From Candidatus Limnocylindrus sp. (GTDB taxonomy: Bacteria; Chloroflexota; Limnocylindria; Limnocylindrales; Limnocylindraceae), in contig JBBAWM010000001.1 in NCBI GenBank assembly GCA_040397175.1, forward strand, positions 153,976 through 217,975: a DNA stretch of 64,000 nucleotides, read 5' to 3'. The position numbers and the translations under genes are program-made. Position 1 is the first letter of the stretch, and each line of letters starts with the position of its first letter. This document shows positions 9,795-19,425 of the stretch, one piece after another. Under the pieces are notes generated by a model. It had not been told where the DNA came from. It did no database searches and was given only the letters and a program-made list of their open reading frames with translations.

Positions 9795-10442
9795 ATGAAG
9801 GCCGTGTTGTTCGACTGGGATGGGACCCTCATTGATACGACCGAGCACGTCTATGAGGCGAACGTTGAGGTGATGAAGTCCTTCGGACTCCCACCCCTCA
9901 CTCGTGAACGCTATGGAGCTGCCTTCTCACCAAACTGGCGCCGCATGTACGCCGCCCTCGGCGTTCCCGAGCACCTTGTAGAGGGAGCGGCCGATGTCTG
10001 GCACGGTGCCTATAAGGGGCATGGCGCGGAGCTTCTCCCCGGTGCCTACCCGGCGCTGGAGCGACTGGTTGCCGCGGGGATCCCACTCGGCATTGTCACT
10101 GCGGGCGATCGCAAGGTCGTCTCCGGGCAGCTCCGCCGCACTGGTGTCGCTGACCTGATCGGCTCGGCGGTCTACGGCGATGACGCGGTCGAGCAGAAGC
10201 CCGACCCTGCGCCACTCCGACGCGGGCTCGCCGCGCTCGGCCACGCGACCACCCCGGCCGAAACGGCCTACCTCGGCGACACCCTCGATGACGTGCGCAT
10301 GGCGCGCGCCGCAGGTGTTCATGCTGTTGGCATTCACTCGCCCTTCTTCCACCCCGACGACTTCTACGGAGTGGATGCGCACGAGCACGCTCCATCGGTT
10401 GCCGACTGGGTTGCCGCACTTCTCGACGGAGCAAAGCGCTAG
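9795..10442 (+). CDS. HAD-family hydrolase (phosphoglycolate phosphatase-like)
   Basis: FDWDGTL, KPDP, YLGDTLDD motifs. Confidence 0.85.
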   Translation: MKAVLFDWDGTLIDTTEHVYEANVEVMKSFGLPPLTRERYGAAFSPNWRRMYAALGVPEHLVEGAADVWHGAYKGHGAELLPGAYPALERLVAAGIPLGIVTAGDRKVVSGQLRRTGVADLIGSAVYGDDAVEQKPDPAPLRRGLAALGHATTPAETAYLGDTLDDVRMARAAGVHAVGIHSPFFHPDDFYGVDAHEHAPSVADWVAALLDGAKR

Positions 10443-10451
10443 ACTCACCGC

Positions 10452-10545
10452 ATCGCGACAGGGGAGCGCCATCGGGCGCTGAGATGCGGAAGGTCCGCGA
10501 ACCCTACGAACCTGATCCGGGTCATGCCGGCGAAGGGAGGACGCA
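10452..10545 (+). ncRNA. TPP riboswitch (THI element)
   Basis: AGGGG...GCTGAGA...ACCC..GAACCTGATCCGGGTCATGCCGGCGAAGGGA consensus; upstream of thiamine genes; -10 TAGACT at 10440-10445; downstream hairpin can sequester the SD. Confidence 0.93.
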
Positions 10546-10578
10546 GGTGTACCCCGCGCGATAGAGAGCGAGGTATCT

Positions 10579-11232
10579 GTGCGCGCGTTGATTCTTGCGG
10601 GGGGCGATCGACCTGACCCGGCGCTGCTCGATGCCCACTGGCCCGGCTGGCGCGATGCCGCACTCATCATCGCCGCGGATGGTGGGGCCCGGCACGCAGC
10701 CCCACTCGGCCTTTCGCTTGATCAGGTGGTTGGCGATTTTGATTCGCTCAGCACCTCCGACGCTGATGAGCTTGAGGCGGCGGGCGTAACCATCGCGCGC
10801 TTTCCTACTAATAAAGATGCAACCGATACCGAGCTCGCCCTCGTTGCCGCCCTCGATGCAGGATCCACGAAGATCACGCTGCTATGCACCTGGGGTGGCC
10901 GCAGTGATCACGCCATCGGCACCCTGGCACTCTTGGCGCATCCACGCTGTGACGCTGTGAGCGTAGTGATTCTGGATGAACAGACTCGGACCCAGCTGTT
11001 GCGGGGCGGAGCAACGATCACCTTGCGCGGGGAGATCGGCCGCACCATCTCGATTACGCCGTGGGGTGGTGATGCAACGGTGTCGGCGACGGGTGTGCGC
11101 TGGACACTTGAATCTGCGGTGCTCGTTGCGGGGAGCACGCGTGGCATCTCTAATGTGGCAACCGCTGTAGAGGTGACCATCACGGTGCATCACGGTGCCG
11201 TGCTGGTGAGCGAAGGGGGAGGCGTAGCATGA
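10579..11232 (+). CDS. thiN: Thiamine diphosphokinase
   Basis: IAADGGA, VGDFDS, KDATDTELA, GGRSDH, RGISN motifs. Confidence 0.9.
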   Translation: MRALILAGGDRPDPALLDAHWPGWRDAALIIAADGGARHAAPLGLSLDQVVGDFDSLSTSDADELEAAGVTIARFPTNKDATDTELALVAALDAGSTKITLLCTWGGRSDHAIGTLALLAHPRCDAVSVVILDEQTRTQLLRGGATITLRGEIGRTISITPWGGDATVSATGVRWTLESAVLVAGSTRGISNVATAVEVTITVHHGAVLVSEGGGVA

Positions 11233-11786
11233 AGCGTTCGTGGGGCTTACTGGATCTCGTCACCGTGGCAACGATCGGTATCGCCTCGGGCGTGCTCTTC
11301 GCCGGATGGAATCTTCTGTGGGGTGCCGCATCTCCACTCTTCGCCGCGGTGCTGCCGTTGCAGTACTTGCTCTTTGCTGGTACGTGGGTGATTGCCGGGC
11401 CACTTGCGGGACTGATCGTGCGACGCCCCGGCGCAGCGCTCGCCGGGGAGATGATCGCCGCCTCTGTCTCATTCTTGCTGGCGAGCCAGTGGTCGGTTGA
11501 TGCGATCTTCTCTGGCGCGGCACAAGGGCTCGGTGCCGAGCTGACCTTTGCGCTCGTTGGATATCGCGTCGCCGGTCTGCGCGTTGCGCTGGTTGCTGGA
11601 GCACTCTCGGGGGTTGGCATGGCGCTCCATGATCTGCCGCTCTACTTCCCTGACGTGAGTGCCTCGTTCGCAACGGCCTTGGTGGCAGCGATGATCGCAA
11701 GCGCGGCGATCATTGGCGGTCTCGGTGCGCTGCTTGTGCGCGCCGCACTTCGACGCAGCGGTGCCCTCGACCTGATCGGAGCCTGA
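11229..11786 (+). CDS. ECF transporter S component, YkoE-like (thiamine/HMP)
   Basis: Multi-TM protein with RRPGAAL..E and QGLGAEL motifs; TPP riboswitch context. Confidence 0.8.
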   Translation: MKRSWGLLDLVTVATIGIASGVLFAGWNLLWGAASPLFAAVLPLQYLLFAGTWVIAGPLAGLIVRRPGAALAGEMIAASVSFLLASQWSVDAIFSGAAQGLGAELTFALVGYRVAGLRVALVAGALSGVGMALHDLPLYFPDVSASFATALVAAMIASAAIIGGLGALLVRAALRRSGALDLIGA

Positions 11787-11790
11787 CGGC

Positions 11791-13926
11791 GTGCCACCCC
11801 TCTCCGTAGAGATCGCCGATCTCACCTGGCAACCGGCCGGCTCCGATCGGCTCACGCTCGACCTGCGCGGAACATCCATCGCCCTTCCCGCCGGTGGCCT
11901 GCTCCTCGTGAGCGGCGCATCTGGCGCTGGGAAGAGCACCCTCTTGAAGGCGATCGCTGGGCTGCTCGGCACCGTGCTGCCGGGCGAACTGCGCGGGACA
12001 CTGCTGGTTGGGGGAGTCGATCTGGTCGCTGCCGCCTCTGCGGAGTCGGGGATTCCACGTGCGCTTACCGAGCGACTTGGCTACGTGGCGGCCGGCCCAG
12101 CCCCCACCTTTGCGCTGCCACTCCTGCTCGATGATGCGGCACTCCCGTTGGAGTCGCGACAGGTTCCCACTGGCGAGATGCGCTTGCGCATTGAACGGTG
12201 CGCGCGCGAGGCGGCGCTACAGGTTGCCCTCATCGATCGCAGCCTCACCACGTTCAGTGGCGGTGAGCACGCTGCGGCGGCGGCACTCGTCGCCCTCGTT
12301 GCGTCGCCGGATCTGCTGATCGCCGACGAGCCGCTCGGCGGCCTCGATCTCCGATCTGCCGAACGCTTGGCATCGACGCTGCGTGAGTGCGGTGCGACGC
12401 GCGTGATTGCAGCACATGACCTCTCGCTGCTCGGCGCAGTACCTGCGCAGCATCTTCGACTCGATGACGGCGCGGTCGCTGCGACGGCGCCGGTGCTCTC
12501 CGCTGCGCCAGAGTGGAGAGAGATTCACAGCGACCATGGTGGCGGCGTGCCGATCGTGCAGCTGGTGTGCGCCACTGCAGCCGGTCGCACCGTTGGAGCA
12601 TCCAGCATCGCCGTGCTGCGTGGCACCACAACGCTGCTCACGGGCGGTACGGGAAGCGGTAAGTCAACACTCCTGCAACTCGTGGCTGGGACACTTCCCG
12701 TAGATGGAGGCGAACGCATTGCCGCATCAGACCTGCGGATCAGATTCGCACCGCAAGATCCAGGCATGCTCCTTGGCGCTCGATCTGCACGCGCATTAAT
12801 CGGGCGAAACGACGAGGCCCGCGCGCACGTACTCGCGGCTCGCCTGGGAGTCGCTCATCTGCTTGATGTATCGCCGGGGCGACTTTCTGATGGCGAGCGA
12901 CGCAGAGTCGCGATCGTCACGGCGCTTGCCGCAACGCCAGACGTTCTCATTCTCGACGAGCCGAGCGGTGGCCTTGATGACGCACGGGTTGCGACGCTCT
13001 GTGATCTGCTCAGTGATCGAGAACTGCTCGGCACGTGTGCCGTGTTGATCGCTACGCACGATGCACGACTGAGTGCGCTGGGCCAGCCCGTAGCCCGACC
13101 GGTGCGCCGGGTGCACCACCCCGAGGAGACAGGAACCAGCGCTGAGCCAACTGAGGGTGGCTTCGCCGCGCACCTGCCAGCGCCGGCAGCGCGAGTCGCT
13201 GAGAGCGCCGAGCGCCTTCTCTCGCCAGAGCTCGGCCGAAGACTGATCGGTACCGCAAATCCACTCACGCGCCTCGGCCTCGCACTCTTCTGGTTCACCC
13301 TCTCGATTGTGAGCCCCGTAACGCCAGTGGCGCAGGCGGCGATTGCACTCCCAGTGCTCCTCGTGGCTTGGGCATCTGGGGTGCAGATCTTCGCTACGTT
13401 GCGTCTCGCCGTCGCGCTCACTCCAGCACTTGCTGGCATCGTGCTCGCTAATCTGCTCGGCGGCGCATCCGTTGAAGAGGCGGTTGGTGCTGGCACGCGA
13501 CTGCTCGCCTTTGCCGCTGGAAGCCTGGTGCTCTTGCGCCCGTTTGAACCGTTGCGCATGGCCGATGCGTTCATTGAAAAACTTCGGACACCATTTGCGC
13601 CAACGATGGCACTGCTCGCCACTGCTGCGCGTATCACCACGATGCGTGATGAGGCACGCGAACGCCGAGCAATTCGTCGGCTCATCAAGCGCGGCGCAGA
13701 CCCTCTGCTACTCGTCGACATGTTCGATTCGGTCATTCGCGCCGTCCCACAATTAGCAATCGCACTAGAGGTTCGTGGCGTACGACTGCCGACGCGTCAA
13801 GCGCCACCGACCCGTCGACGGCCGTCGCGATTCGGTCGCGCCGATCTGCTCATCGTGATGCTCAGCGTCGGTGGCCTGCTGGTCTCGGTGGCACGTGCCG
13901 TCGCCGAGGCTATACTCGCGGCATGA
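11791..13926 (+). CDS. ECF module: two ABC ATPase domains fused to a T (CbiQ/EcfT-like) component
   Basis: Walker A GASGAGKST and GGTGSGKST, Walker B IADEP and ILDEP; C-terminal TM domain with NPLTRL and ALEVRG. Confidence 0.8.
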   Translation: MPPLSVEIADLTWQPAGSDRLTLDLRGTSIALPAGGLLLVSGASGAGKSTLLKAIAGLLGTVLPGELRGTLLVGGVDLVAAASAESGIPRALTERLGYVAAGPAPTFALPLLLDDAALPLESRQVPTGEMRLRIERCAREAALQVALIDRSLTTFSGGEHAAAAALVALVASPDLLIADEPLGGLDLRSAERLASTLRECGATRVIAAHDLSLLGAVPAQHLRLDDGAVAATAPVLSAAPEWREIHSDHGGGVPIVQLVCATAAGRTVGASSIAVLRGTTTLLTGGTGSGKSTLLQLVAGTLPVDGGERIAASDLRIRFAPQDPGMLLGARSARALIGRNDEARAHVLAARLGVAHLLDVSPGRLSDGERRRVAIVTALAATPDVLILDEPSGGLDDARVATLCDLLSDRELLGTCAVLIATHDARLSALGQPVARPVRRVHHPEETGTSAEPTEGGFAAHLPAPAARVAESAERLLSPELGRRLIGTANPLTRLGLALFWFTLSIVSPVTPVAQAAIALPVLLVAWASGVQIFATLRLAVALTPALAGIVLANLLGGASVEEAVGAGTRLLAFAAGSLVLLRPFEPLRMADAFIEKLRTPFAPTMALLATAARITTMRDEARERRAIRRLIKRGADPLLLVDMFDSVIRAVPQLAIALEVRGVRLPTRQAPPTRRRPSRFGRADLLIVMLSVGGLLVSVARAVAEAILAA

Positions 13927-14408
13927 GTCCATTTAAGGCGTTCCCGCCCGTCGGTAGCGAAGCTCCCACATTTACGCTGCGCGACGCGACCGGGAGCGAC
14001 CACAGCACCCTTGCTGCGCGCGGCAAGTGGCTCGTCATCTACTTCTATCCAAAAGATGACACGCCGGGCTGCACCATCGAGGCCTGCGAGTTTCGCGACG
14101 CCGAATCGGCGCTGCAGCAGGCGGGGGCCATTGTCTGGGGGGTGAGCCCCGATGACCAGTCCAGCAAGGCTGCCTTCCGCGACAAGTTCTCCCTCAACTT
14201 TCCGATCCTCTCCGACCTCGACCATCAGGTGGCCGAGGCCTACGGCGTCTGGGGTGAGAAGCAGATGATGGGGAAGAGCTATCTGAGTACGCACCGGGTC
14301 ACCTTCCTGATCAACCCAGAGGGGCGAGTCGCGAAGGTCTGGGAGAGCGTGACTCCGACCGGGCATGCGGCAGAGGTGCTTGCGGAGATCACCAGCCAGA
14401 GGGGATAA
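13923..14408 (+). CDS. bcp: Thioredoxin-dependent thiol peroxidase (BCP/PrxQ)
   Basis: YFYPKDDTPGCTIEAC motif. Confidence 0.92.
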   Translation: MSPFKAFPPVGSEAPTFTLRDATGSDHSTLAARGKWLVIYFYPKDDTPGCTIEACEFRDAESALQQAGAIVWGVSPDDQSSKAAFRDKFSLNFPILSDLDHQVAEAYGVWGEKQMMGKSYLSTHRVTFLINPEGRVAKVWESVTPTGHAAEVLAEITSQRG

Positions 14409-14443
14409 AAGGCGGTGCCTTTGGGGGACGACGGCACCGCCTT
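14405..14443 (-). terminator. Terminator hairpin with its U-tract on the minus strand (may act bidirectionally)
   Basis: AAGGCGGTGCC...GGCACCGCCTT 11-bp perfect stem; minus strand ends in TTTTAT. Confidence 0.65.
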
Positions 14444-14556
14444 AGGGTGCAATTCTGACAGGGATTCACCTCCCGTACAAGGAAAAGTGGCCAATCTGCA
14501 ACCAGCCCGTTGAGCACGCTCCGCGAGAGCCCCTGCTAGAGTTGACGCAGCAAGCA

Positions 14557-16419
14557 ATGACCCACGGCAACACCGAAAGGCTCACTGTGACGCTCGAAAC
14601 TCAGGACTTCCTGGTCCAGCCGGTCGATGCCTCCTGGCTTCAGTGCAACATTGAGTGCCAAGAGGCCTGCCCCGTCGGCACCAACTGCCGCGGCTACCTC
14701 AACCTGGCCGCCGAAGGTCGCTTTGAAGAGGGGTACCTCCTCTCCCGTGAGCCAAACCCCATCGCCGCCATGTGTTCGTACGTCTGCTCCGCGCCATGTG
14801 AGCGCGCCTGCCGCCGCGGCGACATCGATCGCCCACTCGCGATTCGCGCGATGAAGCGATTCCTCGTGGAGTGGCACGCCGCCTCGGGGATCCCCGACGT
14901 TGCTCCAGAGATCACACCACGCGCTGAGAGCGTTGCGGTGATCGGCGCCGGCCCCGCCGGCCTCTCCGTTGCACGCGAGCTCGCCGTGAAGGGCTACCAG
15001 GTCACCGTGTACGACAGCCTGCCGTACGGCGGCGGCACGATGCTCATTGGCGTTCCTGCGTTCCGACTTCCGCGCGAAGCAATCGAGACCGACGTGCGCC
15101 TCATTGAGCGACTCGGCGTGACGTTCGTCTACAACACCGAGGTTGGTCGCGACATTACCTTCGAGCAGTTGCAGCAGAAGCACAACGCCATTGCAATCTG
15201 TGCCGGCGCCATGAACGCGGTCGCCCTCGATGTTCCTGGCGCCGACTTCAACGGATTGGTCTACGGCGTCGACTTCATGAAGGATGCCAACCTCGGGAAG
15301 CCGCTCAGCGTTGGTAAGGATGTGGTCGTCATCGGTGGTGGCTACACCGCCATGGACTGCTCGCGCACCTCGCTCCGTCACGGCGCAGAGCGCGTCACCA
15401 TCGCCTATCGCCGCACTCGCTCGGAGCTCGTCGTTGACGAAGAGGAGCTCGGCGAGACAGAGCGCGAGGGTGTGCGCATGGACTTCCTCGTCTCGCCACT
15501 CGAGCTGATCGGCGAGAACGGCAACATCACCGGCGTGCGCATGATCAAGAATCGTCTCGGCGAGCCGGACGCGTCGGGTCGCCGCAGCCCAGTGCCCATT
15601 GAAGGATCGGAGTTCATCCTCCCCGCCGACACCGTAATACCCGCCGTGTCGCAGGCCGCCGAACTCGGCTTCCTGCCAGTCGAGAGCACCTTCGAAGTGG
15701 CGCGCGGTCGCGTCAAGGTTGACCCGGCCACCTACGCCACCAACATCAAAGGCGTCTGGGCCTGCGGTGACTTCGTCACTGGCCCCGCCACCATGATCGA
15801 GGCGGCGGGCCACGCCAAGAAGTGCGCCTACGCCATCGACCGCTACCTCGACGGGCAGGCCGAGATCACCGTTGATGCCAACGTCAAGATCACCAGCTCG
15901 TGGCGCCACGAGATGCCCGAGTTCTACGACCGCATCCCGCGCCAGCACATCCCCGTGCTGCCGTTGGCGGCGCGACTCCCGTCGGGAGACCCTGTCGAGA
16001 ACTTCACCACCCAGGTCGAGCTCGGCTACGGGGCCCAGCAGGCGGTGGCCGAGAGCACCCGCTGCCTCATGTGCAACTACAACATTTGGTTTGACCCGAT
16101 GCGCTGCGTCCTGTGCGGCGCCTGCGCCGACGTCTGCCCAGAGGGGGTCATCCACATGGTCGACATCAACCAGCTCAAGTCCGAGGGCGCCCTCCCCGAA
16201 CTTTCCGAGGCCTACGGCTGGGAGAACGGCGGGGCAATGCTCCTGGATGAGGAGCGCTGCATCCGCTGCGCCCTCTGCGTAAAGCGCTGTCCCTTCGACG
16301 CCATTACGATGGAGCGGTTCGAACTACAAGAGATCAGCTCGGACGGACGCCTCTATAAGGAGTCCTATCGAGATGGACAGTTGGCCGGCGTTGCCGGCGT
16401 AGCGGGAGGGGCACAGTGA
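14557..16419 (+). CDS. FAD/FeS NAD(P)H oxidoreductase, GltD/DsrL/NfnB-like, with C-terminal 2x[4Fe-4S] ferredoxin domain
   Basis: CQEACP, CSYVC..PCERAC, GAGPAG, GGGYTAMD, YRRT, CLMC, CVLCGACADVCP, CIRCALCVKRCP; start codon uncertain (14557 or 14587). Confidence 0.85.
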   Translation: MTHGNTERLTVTLETQDFLVQPVDASWLQCNIECQEACPVGTNCRGYLNLAAEGRFEEGYLLSREPNPIAAMCSYVCSAPCERACRRGDIDRPLAIRAMKRFLVEWHAASGIPDVAPEITPRAESVAVIGAGPAGLSVARELAVKGYQVTVYDSLPYGGGTMLIGVPAFRLPREAIETDVRLIERLGVTFVYNTEVGRDITFEQLQQKHNAIAICAGAMNAVALDVPGADFNGLVYGVDFMKDANLGKPLSVGKDVVVIGGGYTAMDCSRTSLRHGAERVTIAYRRTRSELVVDEEELGETEREGVRMDFLVSPLELIGENGNITGVRMIKNRLGEPDASGRRSPVPIEGSEFILPADTVIPAVSQAAELGFLPVESTFEVARGRVKVDPATYATNIKGVWACGDFVTGPATMIEAAGHAKKCAYAIDRYLDGQAEITVDANVKITSSWRHEMPEFYDRIPRQHIPVLPLAARLPSGDPVENFTTQVELGYGAQQAVAESTRCLMCNYNIWFDPMRCVLCGACADVCPEGVIHMVDINQLKSEGALPELSEAYGWENGGAMLLDEERCIRCALCVKRCPFDAITMERFELQEISSDGRLYKESYRDGQLAGVAGVAGGAQ

Positions 16420-17144
16420 GCCTACTGGCGAGGGTCGATCAGGCGGTCCGCAGGTCGGCAGCCTGGCGCTCCATCTTCCGTAACTCCTATCCGAACGACG
16501 AGCGCAGCCGCGCGTATGCGGTGATGAACAACGTCTTCCTGCACCTCCACCCAGTGCGCGTGCGCCAGCATGCGGTGAAGTTCGCCTACACCTTCTGCCT
16601 CGGCGGCTTGAGCTTCTTCCTCTTCCTCGTCCTCACGGTGACGGGCGTCTACCTGATGTTCTTCTACGCGCCATCGGCAACGCAGGCCTACTCCGACATC
16701 CTCAAGATTCAGACACTCATCCCGTTTGGGCAGATCACCCGCAACATCCATCGTTGGGGCGCCCACCTCATGGTCTTCTTCGTCTTCCTGCACATGATGC
16801 GCGTCTTCTATCACGGCGCCTACAAGCCACCACGCGAATTTAACTGGGTCGTTGGCGTGATCCTGCTCTTCCTGACGCTGATGCTCAGCTTCACCGGTTA
16901 CCTGTTGCCGTGGGACCAGATCGCCTACTGGGCGATCACCATCGGTTCAAACATGGCCGGCTACGCGCCGCTCCTGAACACCCCATCGAAGCTCCTTCTC
17001 CTTGGTGGACTTGAGGTTGGGCAGAACACCCTGCTTCGCTTCTACGTGCTGCACGTGATGGTCTTCCCACTCTTGGCGGCGGTCTTCCTCGCGGTCCACT
17101 TCTGGCGGATCCGCAAGGACGGCGGCATAAGCGGACCGCTGTGA
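16416..17144 (+). CDS. Cytochrome b6-type (N-terminal half of a split cytochrome b)
   Basis: TFCLGG (heme ci Cys), RNIHRW...LH, PREFNW, FTGYLLPWDQ, LH-x14-H. Confidence 0.9.
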   Translation: MSLLARVDQAVRRSAAWRSIFRNSYPNDERSRAYAVMNNVFLHLHPVRVRQHAVKFAYTFCLGGLSFFLFLVLTVTGVYLMFFYAPSATQAYSDILKIQTLIPFGQITRNIHRWGAHLMVFFVFLHMMRVFYHGAYKPPREFNWVVGVILLFLTLMLSFTGYLLPWDQIAYWAITIGSNMAGYAPLLNTPSKLLLLGGLEVGQNTLLRFYVLHVMVFPLLAAVFLAVHFWRIRKDGGISGPL

Positions 17145-17147
17145 TCC

Positions 17148-17735
17148 ATGAGTGACGAGCAGCGCCCAGCGAGCTCCCTGCCGGTCGATCCGTCGCGCCA
17201 GACGGAGATCGACAAGCAGCGTGTGCCGATGGCGGCGCGACCGTATCGACTCCTTGCCCTCGTCAAGCAAGACGCCGTCGTTCGCGTACAGAAGGAGCCA
17301 GACGACACGGTCATGACCTGGCCGCACCTGCTGACGATCGAGTTCCTTTCGGCGGTGGCGATGAGCATCTTCTTGTTGCTGCTCGGCCTCTTCATCAATG
17401 CACCGCTCGAAGAGCTCGCCAACCCGAACGTCACGCCGGCCGTCGCAAAGGCACCGTGGTACTTCTTGGGCCTTCAGGAGTTGCTCGCCTACTTCCACCC
17501 AACCGTTGCAGGTGCACTGACGCCAGCAGCTGTGTTGGTTGGCTCGGCACTGATTCCGTATCTCGACCGCCGCAACATCCACAGCACCAAGCCATCTGAT
17601 CGCAAGTTGGAGGTCACCCTCTTCTCCGTGCTCTGGGCACTCGGGCTCACGGTGACCTTCATCGGTATCTTCTTCCGCGGTCCTGGCTACTCCTTCATCT
17701 TGCCGTGGTCGACCGGCTTCTTCTTTAGCTTGTGA
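17148..17735 (+). CDS. Cytochrome b6f subunit IV-like (C-terminal half of cytochrome b)
   Basis: TWPHLL, APLEELANP..TP...KAPWYFLGLQ, IPYLDR. Confidence 0.85.
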   Translation: MSDEQRPASSLPVDPSRQTEIDKQRVPMAARPYRLLALVKQDAVVRVQKEPDDTVMTWPHLLTIEFLSAVAMSIFLLLLGLFINAPLEELANPNVTPAVAKAPWYFLGLQELLAYFHPTVAGALTPAAVLVGSALIPYLDRRNIHSTKPSDRKLEVTLFSVLWALGLTVTFIGIFFRGPGYSFILPWSTGFFFSL

Positions 17736-17748
17736 TCGGAGGGGCGCA

Positions 17749-18417
17749 GTGAGTCATTACAGCGTTGAGCCGAGCGACAAGCCAAAGGCGCTCACCACGC
17801 AAACCATCAAGGCCCTGCGCCATGAAGAGGTGAAGGGGATCTCGCGCCGCCGACTCCTTCGCACCACGATCGGCGCAGGATTCGCACTCTGGCTCCTTGA
17901 AGTGACCGCCGGCACCCTCGGATTCCTCTGGCCAAACCTCGAGGGTGGCTTCGGCGGCAAGATTCGCGTCGGCACCCTCAAGTCGCTCATCGACGCCAAC
18001 GCAGGCCTGCCCATCAAAGAGGGATTCCCAGCCTATGTGCAAGATGCACGCGCGTTCATCATGTTGGTTGATCCGAATCGCCAAGAGTTTGTGACTGGTG
18101 AAGATCCAACGGGCGACGGTACCGCGCTGAACGTGCGCGCGCTCTATCAACGCTGCCCGCACCTCGGCTGCAAGCCGAACCCCTGCATCAAAACGTATTG
18201 GTTGGAGTGCGCGTGCCACGGCAGTCGCTACGACCGACTCGGCACCAAGGCGCAGGGCCTCGGCCCCGCACCGCGCGGCATGGATCGATTCGCCTCAGTG
18301 GTCGATAAGGATGGCGTCCTTACCCTCGACACCGGCAAGATCAATCTCGGCACCATTCCGTTGGCGATCGGCACGCCAGGGATCGAGGCGCCACGCGCCG
18401 CCACGGGGTGCATCTAA
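17749..18417 (+). CDS. Rieske [2Fe-2S] subunit with Tat-type signal anchor
   Basis: SRRRLL plus TM; CPHLGC and CACHGSRY boxes; GPAPRGM. Confidence 0.92.
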   Translation: MSHYSVEPSDKPKALTTQTIKALRHEEVKGISRRRLLRTTIGAGFALWLLEVTAGTLGFLWPNLEGGFGGKIRVGTLKSLIDANAGLPIKEGFPAYVQDARAFIMLVDPNRQEFVTGEDPTGDGTALNVRALYQRCPHLGCKPNPCIKTYWLECACHGSRYDRLGTKAQGLGPAPRGMDRFASVVDKDGVLTLDTGKINLGTIPLAIGTPGIEAPRAATGCI

Positions 18418-19425
18418 ATGAGCGACGAGAAGCAGCTCCCAGTGCCGAGCGAGAAGGCCAGCACCCCAGTGCCACGGCTCTCGAGCCCGAGCCAGATTCA
18501 AACGCACGGTCTGACCGCCGAACGCGCCGCCAAGATCGTCAACCAGAGCGGCTCTTCGCGCATGGCGGCGTTGCTCGGCATCGCCGTCGTCACGCTCTTC
18601 GTCATCGTGTACGCCTTCTACGACCAGGGCCTCCCCGGCGCCACCGGTTCTTCGAGACTCGACACGGCGAAGCGCGAGCAGTACCTCGAGACAGTGAAGC
18701 GCGGCTACAACCTGTTTGAGGCGAACTGCGCTCGCTGCCACGGCGCACAGGGCCAGGGCGGCATTGGGCCAGTCCTGAACGATCAGGGGAAGCTGCTCGC
18801 GCACCTGACGCCGCAGTACCTGAAGAACGTCCTCACGGTTGGCGGTCGCTACGTATGCGGCAACGCCAATTCGCTGATGGGCGTCTGGGCCGATACCAAT
18901 GGTGGCCCGCTCAACTATCGCGAAATTGAAGAGCTGATCGCCTGGATTCGTGCCACCAACACCGACACCATCGAAGTGCGCGATCCGGCAACTGGCGAGA
19001 TGGTGGCGGTCACCGGCTGGCGCGACGCCGCCTACGCACCTGCACCAGATGCAACGCCAGTGCCAGCCTGCTGGTCAGATGCGTTCGCTGTTTCGCCAAC
19101 GCCGACCGGACCAGCGACGCCAACTCCGTCCATGGCTCCCGGCAGCAGCTACACGATCGTGGCGATGGGGGTGAAGTACGACCTATCGACGCTCACAGTT
19201 GCGGCGGGGAAGGCCTTCAGCATTGTCTTCAACAATCAAGATGCAGGCATCCCACACAACGTTGCCATCCACCAGGGCACGGCAATGGGGACCGAAGTCT
19301 TCAAGGGCGAGATCTTCCCTGGTGTTGGCACGCGCACCTATAGCGTGCCGGCCCTCACCGCCGGAACCTACGCCTTCGTCTGCACGGTGCATCCGAATAT
19401 GGTCGGCACCCTGACGGTGAAGTGA
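18418..19425 (+). CDS. Membrane-anchored monoheme cytochrome c fused to a C-terminal type-1 copper (cupredoxin) domain
   Basis: TM, CARCH, candidate axial Met in SLMG, Pro/Thr linker, PHNV...CTVHPNM. Confidence 0.85.
   Translation: MSDEKQLPVPSEKASTPVPRLSSPSQIQTHGLTAERAAKIVNQSGSSRMAALLGIAVVTLFVIVYAFYDQGLPGATGSSRLDTAKREQYLETVKRGYNLFEANCARCHGAQGQGGIGPVLNDQGKLLAHLTPQYLKNVLTVGGRYVCGNANSLMGVWADTNGGPLNYREIEELIAWIRATNTDTIEVRDPATGEMVAVTGWRDAAYAPAPDATPVPACWSDAFAVSPTPTGPATPTPSMAPGSSYTIVAMGVKYDLSTLTVAAGKAFSIVFNNQDAGIPHNVAIHQGTAMGTEVFKGEIFPGVGTRTYSVPALTAGTYAFVCTVHPNMVGTLTVK

Noticed and set aside
14439-14460. Minus-strand TGTCAG-N10-TAAGGC resembling the actinobacterial PafBC/RecA-NDp promoter motif
   Set aside because: Last -10 base mismatches and it points straight into a terminator; single instance, not found upstream of ogt or the WYL gene
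14536-16155. 539-aa minus-strand ORF and similar long antisense ORFs (35394-37004, 56488-57873, 42562-43593, 60694-61644)
   Set aside because: Shadow frames of well-supported genes on the opposite strand, expected with high-GC codon bias; no motifs
14557-16419. Calling this gene gltD or dsrL
   Set aside because: No gltB or dsr genes adjacent; it has an extra ferredoxin domain and is coupled to cytochrome b, so only the family can be assigned
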